From Minisyncoccota bacterium (GTDB lineage: Bacteria; Patescibacteriota; Minisyncoccia; Phycocordibacterales; UBA9973), in contig JBAYUP010000001.1 of the NCBI GenBank assembly GCA_041675045.1, forward strand, positions 24,094 to 88,093: a stretch of 64,000 nt of DNA, read 5' to 3'. This document shows, one piece after another, positions 1-7,966 of this stretch (within the stretch, counting starts at the first letter, position 1; each line of letters starts with the position of its first letter). The position numbers and the translations under genes were made by a program. The notes below the pieces were generated by a model, which worked only from the letters and a program-made list of their open reading frames with translations, had not been told where the DNA came from and searched no databases.

Positions 1-245
1 ATCAACTGATAACGACTGCGAATTTTGCAACGAGCAACAAATTTCTTTCGTGGTATGTTGGTGGCCTCAACTTTCAAAGAGAACACCATCTGTACTACAA
101 GATTTCACATGTTCATTATCCAGAAATAAATGAAGAGATGAAAAAAGTTTGTGACGAGCTTCACCTGCCACAAAACGAATACCCGACACTTATTTCTGCA
201 ATCAAATCGCACATACATTACTTAAAAGTAATGGGCAAACAATAA
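1..245 (+). CDS. partial hypothetical protein (3' end only)
   Basis: Frame 2 is open from the window edge to TAA at 243-245 (...HIHYLKVMGKQ*), followed by a terminator hairpin. Confidence 0.55.
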   Translation, partial: QLITTANFATSNKFLSWYVGGLNFQREHHLYYKISHVHYPEINEEMKKVCDELHLPQNEYPTLISAIKSHIHYLKVMGKQ

Positions 246-285
246 AAAGGAGCCGTTTCTGATACAACAGAATCGGCTCCTTTTT
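245..285 (+). terminator. intrinsic terminator
   Basis: AAAAGGAGCCG...CGGCTCCTTTTT stem-loop right after the stop codon. Confidence 0.7.
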
Positions 286-352
286 CGAATTGAATAATAT
301 AATAAATATGCTAGTATAAGGAGGTTATTTCATACTACTGTAGAAATAGTAC

Positions 353-378
353 ATCGGGATGTGGTCTGCCTACGGCAG
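353..378 (+). repeat. orphan copy of tRNA-Pro 5' end fused to a CTGCC-TAC-GGCAG hairpin
   Basis: ATCGGGATGTGGT at 353-365 equals 417-429; hairpin at 366-378. Confidence 0.75.
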
Positions 379-418
379 ATAAATTCCACGGTAACGTGCC
401 AGTTAAACAATAAAATAT

Positions 419-491
419 CGGGATGTGGTGTAACGGCTAACATGCCTCTTTTGGGAAGAGGTGACTCAGGGTTCGAATCCCTGCATCCCGA
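419..491 (+). tRNA. tRNA-Pro(TGG)
   Basis: Acceptor CGGGATG/CATCCCG, anticodon arm CCTCT-TTTGGGA-AGAGG, GGTTCGAATCC T-arm; CCA not encoded. Confidence 0.95.
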
Positions 492-558
492 CAATTTCGC
501 TAACCAATAAAATGGAAATACCTCTTGTTATCTGGTATTATTGAAATACACATAAACC

Positions 559-1911
559 ATGAAAAGCCCTGATTTTCCACAAAAATTCAACCAGAAATCA
601 ATTCGAGAACACCTTGAAGATTTTGATCTAATGGAAATCAAGAATATTCAGACCCCAACGAATACAAAAGAAACTCCAAAGAGCGGAAAAGAGAAGATTT
701 TTGATTTTCTTAAATATAAAAGTCTAAAACTCAAAGAATACTTTGGCCAACTTAATCAAGCTGATTTCAATGAACTCCTAGATATTGATTTCGAAGAGCA
801 ACTACGTGAAAATCTTCCTATTAAAGGAGTGTTTTCTCCAGAAGAAGAATTAGAAATAATAAAAATCTTACCGAGAGAGCTTAAAAGAAGGTCTCTTCAA
901 ACTTTTAAAGAAAAATTAGCACGCCAGCGTGAAGCGTTGGGTACTTTACGTGTTTTTATTGAGCGAAGCATAGAATTTAATCATGATGTTCCAAGGGAAA
1001 AACTTATGGGATTGATTGAAAAGTTTAGTTCATACTACGGTTTTGATGATAACCAAAGAAAAATTTCAGAAAAACTTATCGATGGATACTACGAAAAACG
1101 CAAAGAGGTCTTGGCAATCCGCAAGCAGTTTCCTGATGACTATGAACTAATACGCAAACTCTCTGGAGTAAATCTTGGAAAAGAGGAGAAGTTAAACATC
1201 TCTGTTGGTCCAATGTCGATAGACATCGATACAGGGGAATTCAATTCTGGACAATTATATAAAAGAACAAATAGTCCAATCGCGCTTCGGTATGGTGGAT
1301 TTGCTTCTGAATCAGTAAATGGTATTTACTTTACCGTTCTTAATCGAAATGCATTTAATAGAGAGCCGAAATGGTATGGTGGTTCCAATGGTGAAAAAAT
1401 AGTGAAACATGAACAAGAGCATGAAAAAAATAAACTTTTTCAAGATATATTTAGAATAAAATTACATCGTCCAACTTTGTGGCTTAATGTTTATAAATCA
1501 GAAGAAGATTTAGAAAATAAAGAAATAATTCTGAAGGAGTTTCTGTCCGACAGTAGAGTAGTGGCACTTGAAAGAGCGAAAGATGAAATTACTGCTTCGT
1601 TGGTTGATATGGGATTACCAAAGCTTCAACAAAATCTATCGTGGCTATTTCTTGATAAAAGAAATGACTCCTATGATTACCTGGCTTACTTGCGAAACAA
1701 AGAAGAATTTAAAGATAATGCATTGTACCAAGAAACTGTCGAGAAAATGCTTGTACAGGAATATAGAGAAATAATTGAAAAAGCTGTAAATGCCTACGCA
1801 GAATTAGTAAATCAAGGTAAATATTCAATCCAAGAAGCAACAGCCCTCCTGACAGATAAACCACTAGAAACCTGGCCAAAAACAATCAAGAGATTCTTAG
1901 AATACAAATAA
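559..1911 (+). CDS. hypothetical protein, possible zincin-like metallopeptidase fold
   Basis: 450 aa ORF; HEQEH (HExxH) plus downstream KDEITA. Confidence 0.6.
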   Translation: MKSPDFPQKFNQKSIREHLEDFDLMEIKNIQTPTNTKETPKSGKEKIFDFLKYKSLKLKEYFGQLNQADFNELLDIDFEEQLRENLPIKGVFSPEEELEIIKILPRELKRRSLQTFKEKLARQREALGTLRVFIERSIEFNHDVPREKLMGLIEKFSSYYGFDDNQRKISEKLIDGYYEKRKEVLAIRKQFPDDYELIRKLSGVNLGKEEKLNISVGPMSIDIDTGEFNSGQLYKRTNSPIALRYGGFASESVNGIYFTVLNRNAFNREPKWYGGSNGEKIVKHEQEHEKNKLFQDIFRIKLHRPTLWLNVYKSEEDLENKEIILKEFLSDSRVVALERAKDEITASLVDMGLPKLQQNLSWLFLDKRNDSYDYLAYLRNKEEFKDNALYQETVEKMLVQEYREIIEKAVNAYAELVNQGKYSIQEATALLTDKPLETWPKTIKRFLEYK

Positions 1912-1980
1912 AAGTCTAGAAACTTGATTTTAAAAGCTTTTTTCTATAGAATCATCTATAACCATCAAACAGTTATTTAT

Positions 1981-2208
1981 ATGAGAACGTTAACCCCCAT
2001 CGAAAGAAGTTTGTTTGAGCGTGCAAAAGAGCTCAAACAAGACTTAACAGAAGACGCCTTTGTCACAGCAAGAGATGCAGCCCTAATGAGAGCCAATCCA
2101 ACGACCCAACATTTTGGGACATTAAATTCTCTTTTACTGAACTCAACATCTCCATCTGAGATGAGAAGCTTAATGGAGCAACAAGATGTTCATGACAACA
2201 TGGGGTAA
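1981..2208 (+). CDS. small hypothetical protein
   Basis: ATG at 1981 downstream of TTGATT-17-TAGAAT promoter (1924-1952). Confidence 0.55.
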   Translation: MRTLTPIERSLFERAKELKQDLTEDAFVTARDAALMRANPTTQHFGTLNSLLLNSTSPSEMRSLMEQQDVHDNMG

Positions 2209-2243
2209 TTGAATTACGATGAGGATTCTTCCTCATCACCCTT

Positions 2244-2314
2244 GCGGGATTAGTTAAATGGTATAACTCTAGTTTTCCAAACTAGTGTCAGGAGTTCGAT
2301 TCTCCTATCCCGCA
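2244..2314 (+). tRNA. tRNA-Gly(TCC)
   Basis: GCGGGAT/ATCCCGC acceptor, CTAGT-TTTCCAA-ACTAG anticodon arm, GGAGTTCGATTCTCC T-arm. Confidence 0.95.
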
Positions 2315-2692
2315 CAAAATGAAAAAGGCGACATTCGTGTCGTTTTTTTCATTTCTATTCGCGGGATAACGAGTGAATTGCTTCACTCGTGTAGGAGAAT
2401 CGAAAAGCTTTTCGTTAATTGTGAGGGATATTATCCCGAACAAGTCGAAAAGGTGTACTGGTCCTGTAAGGACCGATAAGCGTACTCGCGGTCTCCTATC
2501 CCGCACTACAAGCAAATGAACCTAATACGAGAGTATTGGGTGATTTTGCTTGTCGCGGAGGAGGAGAATCGAAAAGCGCAACAGGGACCCAAACTGAAAG
2601 CTTGGGATGTGAGCTTGGGTCGCAAACACTTTGTATTTTATGAGTAAAACGAAATAAAATACTTACTGATTCATGACCGATTCTCCTATCCC
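2315..2692. repeat. two tandem units, each with an inverted and a direct copy of the tRNA-Gly 3' end
   Basis: Direct copies TCTCCTATCCCGCAC 2492-2506 and CGATTCTCCTATCCC 2678-2692; inverted copies AGGAGAATCGAAAAGC near 2393 and 2562. Confidence 0.75.
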
Positions 2693-3156
2693 CTTTCTTT
2701 TAATTGTCTCACATCTTCCAAATCAACTTGGCGAGCAAGTTTACTTTTATAAGATATTAATGAATCAATATCCTCCACGACCACTTTTTTACCATATACA
2801 TCAATCTGTACAGTGTTATTAAATTGAGCTGAGCACAATACCCATTTTCTTGTGAGTTGATTAAAGATTTTTACGTCTGCTTCAGCAATATCAATTTCTT
2901 GCCCCTCATAATTTAAAGTTAATAACTCAAGATCCCAATTTTCATCTTTATATCTCTTTGGGCCGAAAATAATATATTCTCTTGTCTCTTCAGCAATACA
3001 GGGAATATCTTTTGCCATAACAACAATATCTATGTCTGCTAATTCACGATTAACTCCATAAATTCGCGCGGCAAAACCACCCGAAATTTTGTAATTTATT
3101 TTGTTTTTTTCAAGAATATTAATAATCCACAAAAATGCCTTTTCGGTATTTCTCAT
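2686..3156 (-). CDS. nucleotidyltransferase-family protein (Pol beta-like)
   Basis: GGFAA..YG..R..ADID motif plus later D; ATG at 3156 preferred. Confidence 0.7.
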   Translation of the reverse strand: MRNTEKAFLWIINILEKNKINYKISGGFAARIYGVNRELADIDIVVMAKDIPCIAEETREYIIFGPKRYKDENWDLELLTLNYEGQEIDIAEADVKIFNQLTRKWVLCSAQFNNTVQIDVYGKKVVVEDIDSLISYKSKLARQVDLEDVRQLKERG

Positions 3157-3175
3157 AAGAAAAAAGATTACTTCT

Positions 3176-3613
3176 CTACTCAAACCTCACAGGAACACTA
3201 ACTGATTTATCAAATTTTGCTTCTCCTGACGGATTATCCTTTTTAAAGATTAAAGTTCCCTTTTTAACACCTGTCGGAATGGTAAATACTAGCTCCCCTT
3301 CAAATGACACAAAATCAGTTGTCATCCACTCCCCTTGCGCAGTTATGTATTTCTCTACAATACGATTCCCCTTCTCATCTACTAACTCTACAGGCGCACT
3401 TGCCTCAAAAAACCAATTTCCACGAGCCTTACCAGAAAGTTTTAATGGACTTGTTATTATTTGATCTGCTTGGGGATTATTTATAACAATATCCTTATTT
3501 TCTTGGGTATTTTGTATTTGCGTCGGTGCTTCACCTTGTTTAACATACAAAAAGACTGCAAAAACAACCAAACAAAGGATAAAAATAGAAATACAAAATC
3601 GTTTAATTGTCAT
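3176..3613 (-). CDS. membrane-anchored Gmad2-type immunoglobulin-like protein
   Basis: N-terminal TM; SPLKLSGKARGNWFFEAS and WMTTDFVSF motifs. Confidence 0.75.
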   Translation of the reverse strand: MTIKRFCISIFILCLVVFAVFLYVKQGEAPTQIQNTQENKDIVINNPQADQIITSPLKLSGKARGNWFFEASAPVELVDEKGNRIVEKYITAQGEWMTTDFVSFEGELVFTIPTGVKKGTLIFKKDNPSGEAKFDKSVSVPVRFE

Positions 3614-3633
3614 ATGTATAAATAATAACACTT

Positions 3634-4035
3634 TTAGAGAATAATGTGTGGAATCACAACAACCTTTGATTTTCTCTGAAATAGATCAATGTAAACCAAA
3701 AGGACATCAAATTGCCATTCCCTGTTCCCTGTTCGATTATGAATGAGGTATGTTTCAACTATTCTCTTTAGTCGTCCAAGTTTTGAGGGGTGCATATTTT
3801 CTTCCGGTCTAAATGTTTCCCGTGTAACAGTATTATTCACCCCAAAAGTATGGGAAACAGATTTTACTTCGATAAAATAAAGTTTTTTATTCTTTTCAGC
3901 AATAATATCTATTTCTCCCCATTTTCTTGTATAATTTCGTTCAAGAATATTAAAACCTTTCTTTGTAAGAAAAATAGAAGCAACATCCTCACCCAACTTC
4001 CCTATTTTTTGAGAGTTTGAGGTAAAAACTTTCAT
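3634..4035 (-). CDS. yraN: YraN family (UPF0102) nuclease
   Basis: G..GE..A..FL..KG..ILERNY...GEIDII...FIEVK. Confidence 0.92.
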   Translation of the reverse strand: MKVFTSNSQKIGKLGEDVASIFLTKKGFNILERNYTRKWGEIDIIAEKNKKLYFIEVKSVSHTFGVNNTVTRETFRPEENMHPSKLGRLKRIVETYLIHNRTGNREWQFDVLLVYIDLFQRKSKVVVIPHIIL

Positions 4036-4390
4036 AATATCCTAATTGTTACACATGTAACCTGTAAAATAAATAGCCAATCGTTTCACGTGAAACGATT
4101 GGCTATTTATCAGACATAAAATATGTTTTATTATGATGTCTTTCTAAAAATATGCTTATTCTATAAGGGTAGATTACAAATACAGGACTCTTGGTTTATT
4201 CTATATGCGGACAAAAATATCTGTCTTTTATTAACAATAGACACATCTTTATCCACAGATTGTTGATTTTAAAGGGTTTTGCCTGTGCATAAAAGACTGA
4301 TAAAGGGCAGAGATTAAACATTAAGAATCGGCCACAATTACGAGGGGGATAAGAGAATCGGTCAACGATTCTCCGCTTACGCGCATCTCT

Positions 4391-4435
4391 ACCAATAAAA
4401 AAGAGCAATCAGACGGATTGCTCTTTTTTATTGGT
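4391..4435 (-). terminator. terminator of tRNA-Gly(GCC)
   Basis: ACCAATAAAAAAGAGCAATC-5nt-GATTGCTCTTTTTTATTGGT stem. Confidence 0.7.
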
Positions 4436-4505
4436 GCGGGATAGGAGAATCGAACTCCTGTCTCATCCTTGGCAAGGACGTGTTCTACCACTAAACCAAT
4501 CCCGC
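4432..4505 (-). tRNA. tRNA-Gly(GCC)
   Basis: Reverse strand GCGGGATTGGTTTAGTGGTAGAACACGTCCTTGCCAAGGATG...TCCCGCACCA; CCA encoded. Confidence 0.95.
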
Positions 4506-4653
4506 ATTTGTTTATAAAATTTTAATAAACATAAGAATTATTATAAGCATTTTTTTGTGAAATTGCAATGAGGCAAAACATCAAGCAAAATAGGGAATAT
4601 TTTTTACAAATGAGTAAAATAGTGCTAGAATCAATAAGTTATAAATTAACCAT

Positions 4654-4725
4654 GCACCCATGGTGAAATGGATATCACGACGGTCTTCGGAACCGTTATT
4701 GGGGGTTCGAATCCCTCTGGGTGCA
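4654..4725 (+). tRNA. tRNA-Arg(TCG)
   Basis: GCACCCA/TGGGTGC acceptor, ACGGT-CTTCGGA-ACCGT anticodon arm. Confidence 0.95.
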
Positions 4726-4737
4726 CAAAAAAACCAA

Positions 4738-6297
4738 ATGAGTAAGAATATCTCTATAGATAACTCAAAAATTCCTCATTATGTTACACATGTAACAGAA
4801 ATCCTCGAAAAGGCAGGTTTCGAGGTCTTTCTTGTTGGGGGATGTGTGCGAGATCTAATTATGAATAGAGAGCCTAAAGATTGGGATCTTACCACAAACG
4901 CTCTCCCAGAACAGATAATTACACTTTTTGAAAAAACCGTCTATGAAAACACCTTTGGAACAGTAGGTGTTTGTGTTCCCATTGTTTCAGGTGAAACAAT
5001 GGGTGATGTTACACCCGCCGACGCTAAAGTTTTGGCGGGCAGGTATGAAACAAAAGAAAGTGTTACACGGGAAACATATCACATTATTGAGGTTACTCCA
5101 TATAGAATTGAAGCAAAATATAGTGATTTCAGGCACCCAGATGAAGTAAAATTCAGCAAAAACATAGAAGATGACCTAAAAAGACGTGACTTTACTATAA
5201 ATGCTTTGGCTTTTAGCAATAAAGGACAAATTCTTGACCTTTATAAAGGACAAGAGGATATAAAAGACAAAGTTATTAGAGCGGTGGGGAATCCAGTAGA
5301 ACGATTTCAAGAAGATGCACTTCGTATGCTTCGGGCAGTTCGATTTGCTTCGCAACTTAATTTTGCGATTGAATATGACACCTTACAAGCAATTGTGGAT
5401 AACTCTGATTTATTGAAAAATATTTCAGCAGAAAGAATCCGTGATGAATTTGTAAAAATTATTGAATCAGAAAATGCTTCTATGGGAGTTGGAATGCTCT
5501 CAAAATTGGGATTACTAAAATATATTATTCCTGAACTCGAAGAGGGAATTGGGTGCGAACAAGGCGGTGCACATATTTATGATGTATTCGAACACTGTTT
5601 GCACGCACTTGATCATGCAACTCGTAAAAATTTCGCGACCGAGATACGTCTTTCTGCGCTCTTCCATGACATTGGTAAGCCACGTACACGTAGAAAAGGG
5701 GAGAAGAAAGCATATACATTCTATGGCCACGAGGTTATTGGCGCACGTATGGTTCAGAAAATAATGGATCGTTTGAAATTCCCACGCAAAACAACCGACC
5801 TCGTCGTCTCTATGGTACGAAATCATATGTTTTTCTCTGATACGGAACAAATTACTCTTTCAGCTGTTCGTCGTATTATTCAAAAAGTAGGGAAGGAGCA
5901 TATATGGGAATTGATGGATATTCGAGAATGCGACCGCGTAGGAATGAAAAAAGCCGAAGCACCATATCGTCTCCGAAAATACCATGCCATGATTGATGAA
6001 GTTCTGCGTGACCCAATCTCTGTCGGGCAACTCGCCCTCGACGGGGAAGTGATGATTAAAGAATTGGGAATTAAACCAAGTCCACGCATGGGATGGATAC
6101 TTCATGCGCTTCTCGAAGAAGTTCTCGATGACCCAACAAAAAATGTACGAACATATCTCGATATTCGTACACAAGAACTCAATGATTTATCAGATGATGC
6201 ACTGAAACTACTTGGAGAAAAAGCAAAAATTGCAAAAGAAGAATTAGAGGAAGAAGAAATTGCCAAAGTTCATAAAAAACATGGTGTACAGAAATAA
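4738..6297 (+). CDS. cca: CCA tRNA nucleotidyltransferase with HD domain
   Basis: VGGCVRD..DWD, RRDFTINA, EDALRMLRAVRF, ERIRDE, HDIGK; start moved to 4738 because the upstream part is tRNA-Arg. Confidence 0.93.
   Translation: MSKNISIDNSKIPHYVTHVTEILEKAGFEVFLVGGCVRDLIMNREPKDWDLTTNALPEQIITLFEKTVYENTFGTVGVCVPIVSGETMGDVTPADAKVLAGRYETKESVTRETYHIIEVTPYRIEAKYSDFRHPDEVKFSKNIEDDLKRRDFTINALAFSNKGQILDLYKGQEDIKDKVIRAVGNPVERFQEDALRMLRAVRFASQLNFAIEYDTLQAIVDNSDLLKNISAERIRDEFVKIIESENASMGVGMLSKLGLLKYIIPELEEGIGCEQGGAHIYDVFEHCLHALDHATRKNFATEIRLSALFHDIGKPRTRRKGEKKAYTFYGHEVIGARMVQKIMDRLKFPRKTTDLVVSMVRNHMFFSDTEQITLSAVRRIIQKVGKEHIWELMDIRECDRVGMKKAEAPYRLRKYHAMIDEVLRDPISVGQLALDGEVMIKELGIKPSPRMGWILHALLEEVLDDPTKNVRTYLDIRTQELNDLSDDALKLLGEKAKIAKEELEEEEIAKVHKKHGVQK
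5014..5043. repeat. 30-bp in-frame palindromic insert in cca
   Basis: CCCGCC-GACGCTAAAGTTTT-GGCGGG-CAGG; removing it restores TGTTACATATGAAACA. Confidence 0.75.
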
Positions 6298-6331
6298 AAA
6301 GACCGGCCCTGCTCTGCAGTCCGGTTTTTTT
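6297..6331. terminator. bidirectional terminator
   Basis: AAAAGACCGG...CCGGTTTTTT between convergent genes. Confidence 0.6.
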
Positions 6332-6349
6332 ATTTCTGTTTTGGTAATC

Positions 6350-6595
6350 TCAACATTTAAGCTGTTTAAATCTTTTCTTTGTTTCATCATGCACCAACAA
6401 GGATACAATCAGGAACAATACAGCAACACCGAACCAAACTTTTGATGCCATGGGCTGGTTTGGGTCAGAAGAAATGCTTCCAAAAATAAAACTCTTAGGA
6501 GAAAGCATCGCTGAATAAATAGCTGAGACACTGCTAATCACAGTGGACACGATGACACCAAGTATCATCAGTGCAAGTGTAATGTACTTTTTCAT
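6350..6595 (-). CDS. small two-TM membrane protein
   Basis: 81 aa, two hydrophobic helices; TTGCGT-17-TATAAT promoter upstream. Confidence 0.65.
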   Translation of the reverse strand: MKKYITLALMILGVIVSTVISSVSAIYSAMLSPKSFIFGSISSDPNQPMASKVWFGVAVLFLIVSLLVHDETKKRFKQLKC

Positions 6596-6661
6596 TCATA
6601 ATGGGATTTGTTAAATACATTATACCATAATAAATCTATACACGCAAGTTAAAAAATATCC

Positions 6662-7429
6662 TTACATCTCAAGAACAATAGGGCAGTGATCCGACCCAAA
6701 ATAATCCGAGAGAATTTTAGTACCTTGTATCTTTTTAGTTACATCAGGCGATACGAAGAAGTAGTCGATACGCCATCCAACATTGCGGTCGCGCGCACGA
6801 GTTTTCTGATCCCAATAGGTATACGCATCTTTCTTGCTAGGGTAGAAGTGACGAAAAACATCAACATACCCTGCACCAACAACTTCGTCCATCCACGCAC
6901 GTTCAACAGGAAGGAACCCAGTATTTTCTTCATTCTCTTTTGGTCGAGCGAGGTCTATCGCTTCATGAGCAGTATTCACATCACCACAAAAAATAACTTT
7001 GTATTTTTGTTTTCGTAATTTTTGGATGAAGGCAAGGAATGAATCATAAAACTCTAATTTGTATTTTAGTCGCTCTGGGCCACCTCCACCATTCGGAAAA
7101 TAACAGTTGATGAGTACAAAGTCAGCATAGTAGACGACAAGTGTCCGCCCTTCGTCATCAAACTTCTTGATGCCGATACCATATTCAACTTTTTTGGGCT
7201 CAATTTTTGAATATATCCCAACACCACTGTATCCCTTTTTTATTTTTGAATGAGAAAAATATGAATGATATCCTTTTACGTTCCGAACATCCTCTGGTAA
7301 TTGTTCGGGTTCAACTTTCGTTTCCTGTAAGCAAAGAATATCTGGTTTATATTTTGTAAAAAGGGGAGTGAAGAATCCTTGTTTTGCAGTCGCACGGAGG
7401 CCGTTTGTATTCCAAGAAATAATACGCAT
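6662..7429 (-). CDS. xth: exodeoxyribonuclease III / AP endonuclease
   Basis: SWNTNG, LQETK, GDVNTAH, GWRIDY, SDHCP. Confidence 0.96.
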   Translation of the reverse strand: MRIISWNTNGLRATAKQGFFTPLFTKYKPDILCLQETKVEPEQLPEDVRNVKGYHSYFSHSKIKKGYSGVGIYSKIEPKKVEYGIGIKKFDDEGRTLVVYYADFVLINCYFPNGGGGPERLKYKLEFYDSFLAFIQKLRKQKYKVIFCGDVNTAHEAIDLARPKENEENTGFLPVERAWMDEVVGAGYVDVFRHFYPSKKDAYTYWDQKTRARDRNVGWRIDYFFVSPDVTKKIQGTKILSDYFGSDHCPIVLEM

Positions 7430-7478
7430 AAAATTTAGTAAAAGTTAAAAAAATAAATAGAATAAATTTATATTACTT

Positions 7479-7555
7479 GATGCTCGCCCCGTAGGAAGTG
7501 AAATGTGCATTCGACATTACACTTTCCTACTGGGGTTCCAAGAAATAATTTTCAT
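7479..7555. mobile_element. CCCCGTAGGAA hairpin element abutting an orphan xth 5' end
   Basis: GATGCTCG-CCCCGTAGGAA...TTCCTACTGGGG, then 7536-7555 (encodes MKIISW), 17/20 identical to 7410-7429. Confidence 0.7.
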
Positions 7556-7638
7556 ATATATAGAATATCATACCATCGGCAATGTTGACGAAACAAATAA
7601 TATATTATAGAATAATCTCAAACTAAAAACCCTTTGGC

Positions 7639-7821
7639 ATGAACAAGGCAAAGAAAAGTAGGAAAATTTCCTGGTTGAGTGCATCAAAAATTCATCCGTT
7701 TATCCTCGATTCTGAATATGACATACATAGTATGACTAATAGGGAACTGGATCTATTTATGATGTCGCTCACATGGTCAGCAAAAAATATCGGCGGTAAG
7801 CTGGTAGAATCAAACAATTAA
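7639..7821 (+). CDS. small hypothetical protein
   Basis: 60 aa; TTGACG-17-TAGAAT promoter 7585-7613; terminator 7840-7867. Confidence 0.5.
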   Translation: MNKAKKSRKISWLSASKIHPFILDSEYDIHSMTNRELDLFMMSLTWSAKNIGGKLVESNN

Positions 7822-7839
7822 CTGTATCTAAATACTCAG

Positions 7840-7870
7840 AAGGCGCTTTCTTTTCAGAAAGCGCCTTTTA
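7840..7870. terminator. terminator between convergent units
   Basis: AAGGCGCTTTCT-4nt-AGAAAGCGCCTT. Confidence 0.7.
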
Positions 7871-7872
7871 AT

Positions 7873-7959
7873 TTAATTTTTGTTGTGAAATTTCTTATGT
7901 ACCCCACAGGAAATAAATACTCACTGCGAGCCCTCGTGATTTCCTACGGGGCAAGCATC
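7873..7959. mobile_element. CCCCGTAGGAA hairpin element abutting an orphan xerC/D 3' end
   Basis: 7885-7902 equals 7982-7999 (18 bp); orphan reads VHKKFHNKN*; CCCCACAGGAA...TTCCTACGGGG-CAAGCATC. Confidence 0.7.
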
Positions 7960-7966
7960 TCTTAAT

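Larger units (their letters stand above)
3814..5076. promoter_or_regulatory. cluster of 7 parS-like sites
   Basis: Matches to TGTTTCACGTGAAACA at 3814, 4047, 4082, 4782, 4983, 5061, plus one interrupted site at 5007-5052. Confidence 0.8.

Noticed and set aside
2285-2515. Short ORFs over the tRNA-Gly repeat region
   Set aside because: They overlap the tRNA and hairpins and show no protein-like features.
2288-4460. Invertible segment between the identical 3' ends of the two convergent tRNA-Gly genes
   Set aside because: The identity is explained by isoacceptor conservation; nothing in the sequence indicates inversion.
4660-4737. N-terminal extension of the cca ORF (MVKWISRRSSEPLLGVRIP)
   Set aside because: It is a translation of tRNA-Arg; the real start is ATG 4738.
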